Source of the DNA: a virus
Strand: one strand, 5' to 3'
IMG/VR virus record: IMGVR_UViG_3300035698_010610
Span: 26,315-90,314 of that record
Length of the DNA: 64,000 nucleotides
Shown: piece by piece, positions 9,613-18,838 of the stretch
How the letters are laid out: each line of letters opens with the position of its first letter
Position numbering within the stretch: the stretch's first letter is position 1
Made by a program: the position numbers and the translations under genes
The notes under the pieces: generated by a model
What the model was told of the DNA's origin: nothing
The model's input: only the letters and a program-made list of their open reading frames with translations
Databases searched by the model: none

Positions 9613-10239
9613 ATGACGGCCGGGAAATTGACCATCAAGACGGCGAAACTTGGATCGCTCGTGCCAGCCCCCTACAATACGAGGCTGCACAACGAAGCAA
9701 ACCTCTCAGCGACCCGCGCCAGCCTTGAGCGGTTCGGGCAAGTGGAACCGCTCGTCACGAGGGAATTGGAGAACGGCACGTACGAAGTCGTCGGGGGTAA
9801 CGGGCGGCTTGAGGCCATGCAGTCGCTGGAGTGGGACGTGGCGAAAATCGTGGTGGTCGAGTTGACCGACCCCGAAGCCAAAGCGTTGTCGATCGCGCTG
9901 AACCGCACCGCCGAACTGGCGACGTGGGATGAATCGGCCCTTTTTCTCCAGATCACGGAAATGATTGGGGAGGGGGTGCCGTCCGAAGACCTCGGCTGGA
10001 GCGACGGCGACGTTGAGGCCCTCGCGGCGTCCGTAGACAACCCGCCCGACACGAGCGAGAACGTGGACCCGGACCCGGACACCCCGAAGGCGAAGCAGGG
10101 GAGGCCGATCAACATGACCGTCGAGCAGCGGCAAATCTTCGATCAGGCCGTGCTCAAATTGCGTCAAGTTGAGAATGAAGAATGGACTGAGGGCAAGTGC
10201 GTCGAGATGGTTTGCGCCGACTGGCTCTCGGGCCACTAG
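9613..10239 (+). CDS. ParB/Srx N-terminal domain protein
   Basis: LVPAPYNTRLH...SLERFGQVEPLV...VVGGNGRLEAM. Confidence 0.85.
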   Translation: MTAGKLTIKTAKLGSLVPAPYNTRLHNEANLSATRASLERFGQVEPLVTRELENGTYEVVGGNGRLEAMQSLEWDVAKIVVVELTDPEAKALSIALNRTAELATWDESALFLQITEMIGEGVPSEDLGWSDGDVEALAASVDNPPDTSENVDPDPDTPKAKQGRPINMTVEQRQIFDQAVLKLRQVENEEWTEGKCVEMVCADWLSGH

Positions 10240-10517
10240 CTCGCTTTTGCGGCAGCCCACAGCCGCAACAATTTCACTGCACTGAGTCCAACCGCGCACC
10301 CCATTGCTGACAGCGTGGGGAACCGGGGGACCTTCCCCGCTTCTACATCGCTCCACAGCCCCTGACTCACCCCCGCCTTTTTGGCGGCTGCCGACTGAGT
10401 CAACCCAATGCGGTTGCGGGCGCTGCGGATCGATGCACCGATTGCCGAGATCGTCGGGCGGGTCAACGGCGCACCGCGTCGCCTCTGCTTCACTGGCCTT
10501 CGCTGCTTGGTCGTCAT
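10236..10517 (-). CDS. XRE-family HTH transcriptional regulator
   Basis: IRSARNRIGLTQSAAAKKAGVSQGLWSDVEAG. Confidence 0.85.
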   Translation of the reverse strand: MTTKQRRPVKQRRRGAPLTRPTISAIGASIRSARNRIGLTQSAAAKKAGVSQGLWSDVEAGKVPRFPTLSAMGCAVGLSAVKLLRLWAAAKAS

Positions 10518-10891
10518 CGGTGCTGTCCTTGTGGTGCCGGGTAGCTCAGACCAATTGTATCCGGGCAGCCGCTGCTCAGGCTACCCCCATTCAACAGAAG
10601 CCCCGGACCTCCTGGCTTTCCGGGCCGTAGTGAAATTCCGTAATCCATTATACCCTCCACACCTCCCGCTCCAACTGCCAATTTTCAGTGTGGGGTTTTC
10701 GGCCCCGATTTTCTGCATCATTCCATGCGGCTAGGAGTGCTGGCTTTCGCGTGGAACCCCGCAGGGAGCCCTGGAGGCGGGCCAACAAGCACCGGCGGTC
10801 TTGTCAGTTTTCTTTTCTATGCCCCGTGCTTTTCCCCCTTCAGGGGTACGATTTCCCGGCTTTCTCGGATATTTTCCGGGAAATTCAACTT

Positions 10892-10934
10892 TTGACGGGT
10901 TTACATATTCCATTTTATCTCAAAACGAGATAAT
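10892..10934 (+). promoter_or_regulatory. Putative early promoter with overlapping palindromic operator
   Basis: TTGACG at 10892, AT-rich tract, perfect inverted repeat TTATCTC-N5-GAGATAA (10915-10933) overlapping GATAAT. Confidence 0.5.
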
Positions 10935-11375
10935 CTAGTCATAGTCAATGTGACTGACAACCTGCTCTTTGACAACTCGAACGGCACCGGCCAAGACAGC
11001 CTTCTGCAATCTGGCCCCTGACCAAACATCTCGGCTTGCCCTGACGGGCGTGAGAATAGTAGTCGGGCGGAAGATTAGCAACAACCCAGGCCCAGTCGGT
11101 CCCCCACTTCAAGGATGAATTGGGAAAGCAACCTCTTCGCAAAATCTCGCGAGCCCTCAAGAACGATCCCAGCAGTGGGAGTAACCGTCGGGCAAGCTCG
11201 CGGATGAGATACGCGAGACCTACTACCGCTCAACGGGAATTGAGCGGGATGGGGTATTCACCAACGAGCGGCCACAGCGCACAAATGACTCGTCGGTGAT
11301 TGCCCCATCAGGGTCGCACGGGACTGGCACCCGTGCCTGATGAGCTGCCTCGAAACCCTAACCCGGAGAGTAACA

Positions 11376-11627
11376 ATGACACGCCGAACCTTCATGGCCC
11401 GCCTGGAATCTGCCACCAACCTGATCCCGGACAGGATCACGCGGAAAAAGGATGGGACGGTCGAATGCAAGAAGTCGTACTTCTACCGCAACCGTGGACA
11501 AGACGCTCGGGACGGTGAGCGGCTGGCGGCTGCATTCCCCGAAGCCACCATCACCACCCGGGACGACTATCGGAACCACCCAGCAATATCGTACTTCGTT
11601 CACGTTCTCACCTTCCCCGTTGCCTGA
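11376..11627 (+). CDS. Hypothetical early protein
   Basis: ACCCGGAGAG leader/RBS. Confidence 0.6.
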   Translation: MTRRTFMARLESATNLIPDRITRKKDGTVECKKSYFYRNRGQDARDGERLAAAFPEATITTRDDYRNHPAISYFVHVLTFPVA

Positions 11628-11664
11628 CAATCACCTGCCCTGCCCCCTAGCCTGGAGAGAAACG

Positions 11665-12105
11665 ATGAAGACCAAACGAGCCGCCATCAGCCGCAAAGAG
11701 TTGTTCGCTGTCGCCGCCACCGAGAGCCGTCGGGCTGCCACGACGACCAAGACCGCGAAGAACATTTTCCCCAAGATCAAGACCAAGGGGGGCGGCTATA
11801 CCGTCGGCATCCGATTCATGGACGAAGCCCGCGGCGAGCGGTACTTCGACACAGAATGGAGCGTCACCGCTTGGCACGAAGCTGGTTCGTTCTCTATTCC
11901 CTGTCCTGTCTCCTATAACGGACGGATGATCTGGCAGGACCCCGCTGGCAACAGTATCGGCCGCGATATCCGCGTGGGCGACACACTGAGCTTGACAATC
12001 ACCCGCTGGTCAATGCGGGGCCGCAGCGAAACGCTTGGTCGCAGCATCACGGTCAAAGCCGTGGCGGTGGGCGACGCTGGCGACTATGTCACCATCACGT
12101 ACTAG
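11665..12105 (+). CDS. Hypothetical early protein
   Basis: GGAGAG RBS. Confidence 0.6.
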   Translation: MKTKRAAISRKELFAVAATESRRAATTTKTAKNIFPKIKTKGGGYTVGIRFMDEARGERYFDTEWSVTAWHEAGSFSIPCPVSYNGRMIWQDPAGNSIGRDIRVGDTLSLTITRWSMRGRSETLGRSITVKAVAVGDAGDYVTITY

Positions 12106-12142
12106 CTTTTACACCACGCAACCGTCTACATTGGAGAGAGCC

Positions 12143-12463
12143 GTGTCATACCCTACCGGATGCACCATTGCTGATTTCTGCCCGGTCGACAGTTGCGAAG
12201 TCCGCCTGCACCGTCACGTCCGACCTGACGGTTGGGCATACGGCTCCAGCCTGACCCCGAGCAATTGGGACCGTGCAGCTTTCTACCTGCCAACGCACAG
12301 CATTGGACCTGTCAAAGAGCTTGCTGTCAACATCATCGTAACCGGCCGCACCATCCAGCGCGACAACGGTTGCAACGTGGTCCGAGTGATGATCGAGTTC
12401 GTCGGTGACGGCGAGCCGTCCACAATCGTGCGCGGTTGGATGGACGTTGCTGACACCGTTTGA
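12143..12463 (+). CDS. Hypothetical early protein
   Basis: GGAGAG RBS, GTG start. Confidence 0.55.
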   Translation: MSYPTGCTIADFCPVDSCEVRLHRHVRPDGWAYGSSLTPSNWDRAAFYLPTHSIGPVKELAVNIIVTGRTIQRDNGCNVVRVMIEFVGDGEPSTIVRGWMDVADTV

Positions 12464-12699
12464 CTCCCTCCCTGGCCTGCCTGCGTAACCGGGCATCGCA
12501 ACCCGGCAGGCCACTTCTGCTTTACCCCCTCACCTTTCAGGGAGGAAACGATGGGCGCAATCGTCAACAGGACCGCAGAGGCCGTGCTGAAGGCCGAGTA
12601 CGATGAAGGATTGCGGGTCGCGAGGGTGATTACCCGCTGCGGTATGTTTTAACCGCAGACCTATTGCCTCCAACCTTTACCCCACGCGGGAGAACAGTC

Positions 12700-12936
12700 A
12701 TGGCACCGTACCGACAAGCAACCGTTCTGACACCGAAAACTTTTGCTCGCTTTTTGTCAACAGCCGCCCACGAGTCGCTCACGGACGAACACGCATCCAA
12801 GTTCCTCCAAAACGTCCACGAAATCTTGACCGACTACTCGATGTCGGTGCAGCTTCACGGGGACGTGCCCCCGAAAGCTCGACGCTTCGAGGACTTCGCG
12901 GACGCAGCTACTGAACACCTGGAAGATTTGATCTAG
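12700..12936 (+). CDS. Hypothetical early protein
   Basis: GGGAGA RBS. Confidence 0.55.
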   Translation: MAPYRQATVLTPKTFARFLSTAAHESLTDEHASKFLQNVHEILTDYSMSVQLHGDVPPKARRFEDFADAATEHLEDLI

Positions 12937-13010
12937 CGACCGTTCGTTTTTCTGCCCGTTCATGCAAGCTGGTGCATCGCCAGCCTGCCACCACAACAAG
13001 GGAGAGTACA

Positions 13011-13718
13011 ATGGCAAACGCAACCACCACCGACCTGCATTCTGGTGACCTCGTTGACCTCCGCCCCTCCGCCTTGGCTGCCCTGGCCCTCGACCCCAAA
13101 GCCGAGAACAACCTCAAAGCCTACGTCTCGCGGGTAGTGAAAAACGGCCGCGTAGCTGTCCGCACCGCCAACGGGGACAACATCAAACTTGACCGCAAAG
13201 ACATGCGGCCCCACGAGACGAGCATGCAGCGGGAAACCCGCCGCGTAAATGACCTGGAAGCTGCTGCCAGTGCGTGCCGCGAAGAATTGTCGGCCTGGAC
13301 GGCTACCATCGAGAAAGCCGTAGCGGATCGCCGCGAGCGGTTGGAGCAAGTCGCCGAAGGGGTGGAGTCCATCACGGAGTGGGTGAGGTGGCACGCTGAG
13401 GACGCAGTCCGAGATGAGGCTATATTGGCTCACGCCGACCGCTTCGGGCTGCTCACCGTCGTTGAGAGGGCCTTGAGGGGCGACCTGGCGTTGGTTGACG
13501 CAGGACGCAAATTCGAGGAGATCGAAACCCTGATGACCAAGCAGTTGATCGAGTCGCCGTACCGTCATTCATCGTCGTCCCACGCCTCCACTTTGACCGA
13601 AGCAATCGGCGTTGAGGCCCTGGCCAAACTCCTCCAATCGTACGGGGTCCGAGCCACCCCGCGCAGCATCATGCAATGGCACTTCTCTACTGCTGACACG
13701 ATCGCAAAAGCGTGGTAG
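13011..13718 (+). CDS. Hypothetical protein with coiled coil
   Basis: GGGAGAG RBS; 235-aa ORF. Confidence 0.7.
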   Translation: MANATTTDLHSGDLVDLRPSALAALALDPKAENNLKAYVSRVVKNGRVAVRTANGDNIKLDRKDMRPHETSMQRETRRVNDLEAAASACREELSAWTATIEKAVADRRERLEQVAEGVESITEWVRWHAEDAVRDEAILAHADRFGLLTVVERALRGDLALVDAGRKFEEIETLMTKQLIESPYRHSSSSHASTLTEAIGVEALAKLLQSYGVRATPRSIMQWHFSTADTIAKAW

Positions 13719-13794
13719 CACTTGCAGCAGCCGGGGTCGCCTACACGAGGGCGGCCCTTTCACCTACGCCTGCTGACCCCCGAACCCGGAGAGT

Positions 13795-14037
13795 ATGATG
13801 AACGATAAACTCACCTTTCAGCCGAAAGATACGACCAAGTGGGGTCACGACACCGTAGCCCTGTACCGACGCTACAATAATTTCTTCGAGGCGGTGGAGG
13901 ACCGGGACTCACTCCGCAGGCATGGATGGTTCGTTGATTCGGCTTACCCCCACGCTTACCTCACCGGCTGGGAAACCCACGCCGTCATCGCCGTCACCCA
14001 CCAAACCCCGACCCGGCGTAGTTGCGCGTCCACCTAA
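13795..14037 (+). CDS. Hypothetical early protein
   Basis: ACCCGGAGAG leader. Confidence 0.5.
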   Translation: MMNDKLTFQPKDTTKWGHDTVALYRRYNNFFEAVEDRDSLRRHGWFVDSAYPHAYLTGWETHAVIAVTHQTPTRRSCAST

Positions 14038-14068
14038 CAACACGGCTGCACAACCAAGGAGAGAAGCG

Positions 14069-14359
14069 ATGACATCCACAAGCGATGTGCGGATCGAATG
14101 CAATCGCCTAGGCCTCTCGCTGGAGGACGACAAAGACAGTCAGTGCTATCGCGCGACCGCACCGGAAGGCCGCCGATTCGAGCCTGACCTGCACGAGCTA
14201 ATCGCGGTGTATGGTGGTGGTTTCGTTGGAAACGGTGCTGCCAAGGTGGAGGCGCGGATTGACCTCCTCGGCCGCTTGCGGGACTACCGCAGCTTGGAGC
14301 CCTGCGACAATCCAGATTGCGACTGGTGCCACCCTGTTCCTGACCCGGCCGACACTTGA
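14069..14359 (+). CDS. Hypothetical protein with C-terminal CxxxxCxWC
   Basis: AGGAGAG RBS. Confidence 0.6.
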   Translation: MTSTSDVRIECNRLGLSLEDDKDSQCYRATAPEGRRFEPDLHELIAVYGGGFVGNGAAKVEARIDLLGRLRDYRSLEPCDNPDCDWCHPVPDPADT

Positions 14360-14379
14360 CCCCAAAAAGGAAAGAAGCG

Positions 14380-14688
14380 ATGCACGTCCAGACGCGATTC
14401 AAGGAAGTGCTGACAAGTCGTCGATGGCACGTCGAAATCACCTGGAAAGTCTCGGCTGAAGTGACACTACCAATGGGGCAAATCGACCTCCAGACCCTTT
14501 CGCCCATCCGTGTTGTTTGCCGAGACGTTCACGACCGCGTCCGCTGGATCGAGCCAATCGGCCCCCGTATGTCTACCGCGATGTCTCAGGGTTGTATGCG
14601 ACGGTCGCGCAATCAAGAGAAGACGTGGCTTTGCCTTTGCAAAGCCTTGTACCAGGAAGCCCGCAATCAAGAGGAGAGAAGTCGATGA
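14380..14688 (+). CDS. Hypothetical protein
   Basis: AAGGA RBS. Confidence 0.45.
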   Translation: MHVQTRFKEVLTSRRWHVEITWKVSAEVTLPMGQIDLQTLSPIRVVCRDVHDRVRWIEPIGPRMSTAMSQGCMRRSRNQEKTWLCLCKALYQEARNQEERSR

Positions 14689-14891
14689 CCACGTTCACGC
14701 CGCAGGCCGCGCACCGCCAGGGATTCCGCGACGGCGCCGCAGGCCGCCAAACCAACTGCTCGCTGGCTGGGCATCGCGACCAATGCATCGGCGACGCCTA
14801 CCTGGATGGATGGGAACTCGGATGCTCGCGACACGCTGACACGCCAGACAACCGCGAGGCCGTCGCCCGACGGATCGCCGTCACCAACTGA
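14685..14891 (+). CDS. Small Rmf/CrpP-like protein
   Basis: AHRQGFRDGAAG...C...AYLDGW pattern resembles ribosome modulation factor. Confidence 0.45.
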   Translation: MTTFTPQAAHRQGFRDGAAGRQTNCSLAGHRDQCIGDAYLDGWELGCSRHADTPDNREAVARRIAVTN

Positions 14892-14911
14892 CCCCGACCC
14901 GGAGAGAAGCA

Positions 14912-15316
14912 ATGAACGCAACCGACCCGATGACACCAGCAACCCATAACGGCATTTTCACCGTCACGTCTGCCGCCTCCGGCAGCCATCGGACATTCCG
15001 CATCAAAACGCAGAGGGACGACTCCACCTTCGCACCCGGAGAGCGGGTCGTCGCCCTACTGACCGGGGCGGACAACAGCCACGACTGTAAGGGGTTCGGG
15101 TTCATCAAACCCGACGGCCGCATCATCGTCTGGAAGAAACATCGCGGGACGGACATGGAACGGTTCGCCCGAATGCTCGAACGACTCGACGCCCACGAGG
15201 CCGCCGGGCACGTCCAGGTACAGGTTGAGGGGCGTTGCCGCCGATGTAACCGCCGCCTGACTACCCCCGAATCCGTTGCCGCCGGAATCGGCCCGGTCTG
15301 CGACGGCCGCGACTGA
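14912..15316 (+). CDS. DUF6011 Zn-finger phage protein
   Basis: GRCRRCNRRLTTPESVAAGIGPVC. Confidence 0.85.
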   Translation: MNATDPMTPATHNGIFTVTSAASGSHRTFRIKTQRDDSTFAPGERVVALLTGADNSHDCKGFGFIKPDGRIIVWKKHRGTDMERFARMLERLDAHEAAGHVQVQVEGRCRRCNRRLTTPESVAAGIGPVCDGRD

Positions 15317-15343
15317 ACCAACCGCCAACCCGGAGACTGAACA

Positions 15344-15643
15344 ATGCCACGCACATCGCTCGCTGATAACGTCGATCAACTCGGATGGATCAAGGCTAAG
15401 ATCGCCAACCTCAAACAGCGAGAGGACCAACTGAAGGCCGTCATCGTTGCGAGCGGGAAAACTGCCGCCGAGGGCAACCTATTTCGCGTCACCGTGTCGC
15501 GGTCCGAGGTCGCCGCCATCGACTGGAAGGCCATCGCAGCAAAAATGCACCCATCCGTGCAACTGATAACGGCGCACACATCGCACGCCGACCGGGACAC
15601 GGTCCGCTGCGTTGCCAAGACCGGCCGACCCGCGACCGCTTGA
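15344..15643 (+). CDS. Conserved phage protein
   Basis: VDQLGWIKAKIANLK...EGNLFRVTVS...DWKAIA. Confidence 0.7.
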   Translation: MPRTSLADNVDQLGWIKAKIANLKQREDQLKAVIVASGKTAAEGNLFRVTVSRSEVAAIDWKAIAAKMHPSVQLITAHTSHADRDTVRCVAKTGRPATA

Positions 15644-15719
15644 CCTACTCGGCTGGGTGACGGCGACCGTCCACCGTTGGGCGGTCGCCACTTTTCAACC
15701 GCAAGCCCAAGGGAGAATA

Positions 15720-16013
15720 ATGCCCATCACGTTCGACTGGACCGAGGAAATTGACACCCCCGACTTGTTCCTCAGAATCGAATACGAGATCACGGCGCAC
15801 GAGGTCGGACCGGCCGACGGCTGGGCCATCGACGAAGCGTTCGCCGTCGGCGTTGCGTCCCAACCGGCAGGCACCGACCCGGCCCCCATTCCTATCAATG
15901 ACGGCCTGAGCGGCGAACTCGGTGTTGCCCTGCTGCGGCGGGCGCGGAGGAATTGGGAGCTAGAAACCGAACTGCGGGACGCCGCCGAGCGTCATCACAA
16001 CAGCACCCTCTGA
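15720..16013 (+). CDS. Hypothetical protein
   Basis: GGGAGA RBS. Confidence 0.55.
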   Translation: MPITFDWTEEIDTPDLFLRIEYEITAHEVGPADGWAIDEAFAVGVASQPAGTDPAPIPINDGLSGELGVALLRRARRNWELETELRDAAERHHNSTL

Positions 16014-16026
16014 CCCGGAGAGATTG

Positions 16027-16281
16027 ATGATCGCCTCAACGTACGTCTACCGGTACAACGGCCACTGGCGAAACCCACTGAGCCCGGCCCGGCAATACTG
16101 CTCGCGTATCGCCGCAACTATGGCTATGCTCAATACCGCCACTGACCTGCTGGCTAGTGCCAACGAGCAACTGAACAAAGCCAACGCCAACCCTGACCCG
16201 GACGTTTTTACTGCACGGCGATTGGACGCTCGCGAATACGTTGAAGGCTCGTTTCCCGTTGACCCCGACCAAGGAGAGTGA
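16027..16281 (+). CDS. Hypothetical protein
   Basis: ACCCGGAGAG leader. Confidence 0.45.
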   Translation: MIASTYVYRYNGHWRNPLSPARQYCSRIAATMAMLNTATDLLASANEQLNKANANPDPDVFTARRLDAREYVEGSFPVDPDQGE

Positions 16282-16284
16282 GTA

Positions 16285-17856
16285 ATGAAACTGATCGACA
16301 AAGTAAAACACGCCCGCCGCGTTTCCGTGCCGCTGGTCGGGATTACAACCGCCGATCCGATGGCGACGATGCGGTCCCTGGCTAATGGCCTGCAAAACGG
16401 CCCTATCGTCGCGTGGGACTGTGTCCGTGGGTTGTGGGGCGTCAATACCGGCGGGGACGAATTGGCTGACGTCCTCAACGAAGGGGCTGCCCCCGAAGAT
16501 CGCGGCGGCTCCCCGATGGAGGTGCTGGAGTTGGGACTGCGGACGAACTCGGACGGAACACCCCGCATTCCGGCCGAGTCCATCATCGTGATTCTGCAAG
16601 CCGGTGCCTACATCGAACGGCCGGAGGTTCAGCAAGGCGTCTGGAATCTGCGAGACCTGTTCAAACAGGACCGCCGAATGCTCATCTTGATGGACGCTGG
16701 TTTGCAACTGCCCGCGTTCATCAAGGACGACATTGTCCTGATGGAAGACCCGTTGCCAGGCCCGGATGAACTGAAAGCGATCATCACGGACATTGACGCC
16801 GCTGCCAACAAATGCCCTGTTTGCGTCGGGACCAAAAAGGTCGGCGGCCTCACCTGCGAGGAGTGCAAAGGCAGGGGCGTCACGAAACGGAAACCGTTGA
16901 CCGGTCCGCAGATCAGCCACGCCATTGAGGCCGTGCGTGGGCTGCCCGCATTCTCAGCAGAACAAGCGACCGCTATGGCGCTGCGGAAGAACGGCGTCGA
17001 CATCGACCACCTGTGGGAGATAAAACGCAAACAGGTCGAGCAAACGCGAGGCTTGAGCGTCTACCGGGGCGGTGAGAAATTCGCGGCCCTCGGCGGGCTG
17101 GGTGCGATCAAAGCGCACCTGTCAGCCATTATGACGGGCCGCAAACCGCCGACATGCATCGTCTGGCTCGACGAAGTTGAGAAGACCGGCATCGCCCACA
17201 CCGGAGACACGAGTGGGGTAAACGCCGATCAGAACGGTGTCCTGTTGACTGAGATGGAAGATCACGACATCTACGGCGTCATGCTCCTCGGCGTGCCCGG
17301 GGCTGGGAAATCGGCGATCTGCAAAGCGGCCGGGGCTGAATTCGGTTGCCCGGTCATTCGCCTTGACCTGGGCGGGATGCAGGGACCGCACGTCGGCGAG
17401 TCGCAGCAATTCATCAGGCACGCCCTCAAGGTTGTCTGGGCCATCGGCGGCGACTCAACGCTATGGCTGGCCACGAGCAACTCCATCGACGGGCTCGACG
17501 CCGCGATGCGTAGCCGGTTTTGCGATACGTTCTTTTTCGACCTGCCGAGCAAAGCGGAGCGGTCTGCGATCTGGAAAGTCTGGTTGGATCTTTACCCGGA
17601 CGTTGATGGATCAGAGAAGCCGAGCGATGATGGATGGGTCGGCCGAAACATCCGGCGATGCGTCGAGAAGGCGTGGCGGATGAACGTGTCGCTAACGGAC
17701 GCGGCGAAGGCTGTCCTGCCGGTCGGACGTTTGGAAGCGGAAACCATTGACCGGCTCCGCTCCGGTGCCCATAAGCGATACCTCGACGCGACCCGCGAAG
17801 GCGTCTACGAGAAACCCCGCACTGCGACTCGGTCGCGAGCGGTTGACATAGCGTAG
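16285..17856 (+). CDS. Ycf46-like AAA+ ATPase with permuted Walker motifs and DnaJ-type Zn-finger insert
   Basis: IVWLDEVEK (17158-17184) precedes GVPGAGKS (17290-17313); ATSN sensor I, RFCDTFFFDLP; CPVCVGTK...CEECKGRG insert. Confidence 0.88.
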   Translation: MKLIDKVKHARRVSVPLVGITTADPMATMRSLANGLQNGPIVAWDCVRGLWGVNTGGDELADVLNEGAAPEDRGGSPMEVLELGLRTNSDGTPRIPAESIIVILQAGAYIERPEVQQGVWNLRDLFKQDRRMLILMDAGLQLPAFIKDDIVLMEDPLPGPDELKAIITDIDAAANKCPVCVGTKKVGGLTCEECKGRGVTKRKPLTGPQISHAIEAVRGLPAFSAEQATAMALRKNGVDIDHLWEIKRKQVEQTRGLSVYRGGEKFAALGGLGAIKAHLSAIMTGRKPPTCIVWLDEVEKTGIAHTGDTSGVNADQNGVLLTEMEDHDIYGVMLLGVPGAGKSAICKAAGAEFGCPVIRLDLGGMQGPHVGESQQFIRHALKVVWAIGGDSTLWLATSNSIDGLDAAMRSRFCDTFFFDLPSKAERSAIWKVWLDLYPDVDGSEKPSDDGWVGRNIRRCVEKAWRMNVSLTDAAKAVLPVGRLEAETIDRLRSGAHKRYLDATREGVYEKPRTATRSRAVDIA

Positions 17857-17915
17857 CCCGGGCAGGGAAGGGGCTTTTTCCTGCATCCCGCCAACAACCA
17901 ACTGGAGAAAAACCG

Positions 17916-18809
17916 ATGAGCGTTCTGAATGAAAACACCGTCGTCCTTGATGTCTGCTTCCGTCGTCCGGGGATCAGCCGCAAAGGAGCCCTCGATCGGG
18001 TAGTAACCGAGGCTGACAAAGGCATGTTGCGGCTCGGCAAACAGATCGTCGTGTCTGAGGAATATGTCGCCGTGAACGGCGTCGTTTCCAAGTTCAAGCG
18101 GTGGGTGGAGACGCGAGCCGTCCCTACAGGCGGGCTCAGGGAGGGTGCATACCGCATCCCAGTTGACTTACTCCCCAACGTCTACGCCCGGCTGGAAGAA
18201 ACGAAAGCGGCGTACGCAGTTGCTGCCGACAAATTCTGTGCAGCTTTCCCTGAGTTGAAAGCCAAAGCGAAACTGGCCCTCGCTGACCAGTACGACGAAA
18301 GCAACTACGCCAGCCCGGAACGACTCCGTGCCGCATTCCGGGTCGAGCATCGCCTGATCGACTACGGGGTGCCTGACGCTGCGAAATTGGGCGAAGCGAT
18401 CCACAACATTGAGGCCACTGCGGCCGACAAGGAGTTGCATGAAGCAGCCGAAGTCTGCAAGCTCGCCCTCCGCACTTCGATGCTTGACATTATGAAGCGG
18501 TTGCAAAGCGCTTTGACAATTCGTGCTGACGGGAAAAAGGGCACGCTGCGTGACGCAACGTACGACCAGATTACCGAATTCCTTGACTTGTTCCACAAGC
18601 GGGACATCTTCAGCGACGCCGCCACGAAAGACCTTGTTGCGAAAGCAAAGGGAGTCCTGTCCGGGACTGACGGCTTTGTTTCGGCTGATGAATTGCGGAC
18701 CAACGAGGGCTTTCGGTTGCAAGCCGCAACCACAACAAGCGAAATCGTTGCAACACTCAGTATGCTGGTTGAAACGTCAACCGCCCGTGCCATCCAATTG
18801 CCCGATTAA
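17916..18809 (+). CDS. DUF3150-like protein
   Basis: LRLGKQIV...EGAYRIP...FCAAFP...YDESNYASPERLRAAF; typical neighbour of this AAA. Confidence 0.7.
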   Translation: MSVLNENTVVLDVCFRRPGISRKGALDRVVTEADKGMLRLGKQIVVSEEYVAVNGVVSKFKRWVETRAVPTGGLREGAYRIPVDLLPNVYARLEETKAAYAVAADKFCAAFPELKAKAKLALADQYDESNYASPERLRAAFRVEHRLIDYGVPDAAKLGEAIHNIEATAADKELHEAAEVCKLALRTSMLDIMKRLQSALTIRADGKKGTLRDATYDQITEFLDLFHKRDIFSDAATKDLVAKAKGVLSGTDGFVSADELRTNEGFRLQAATTTSEIVATLSMLVETSTARAIQLPD

Positions 18810-18838
18810 CACCAAACCCCAGGAAAGCGAGGTGCGTC

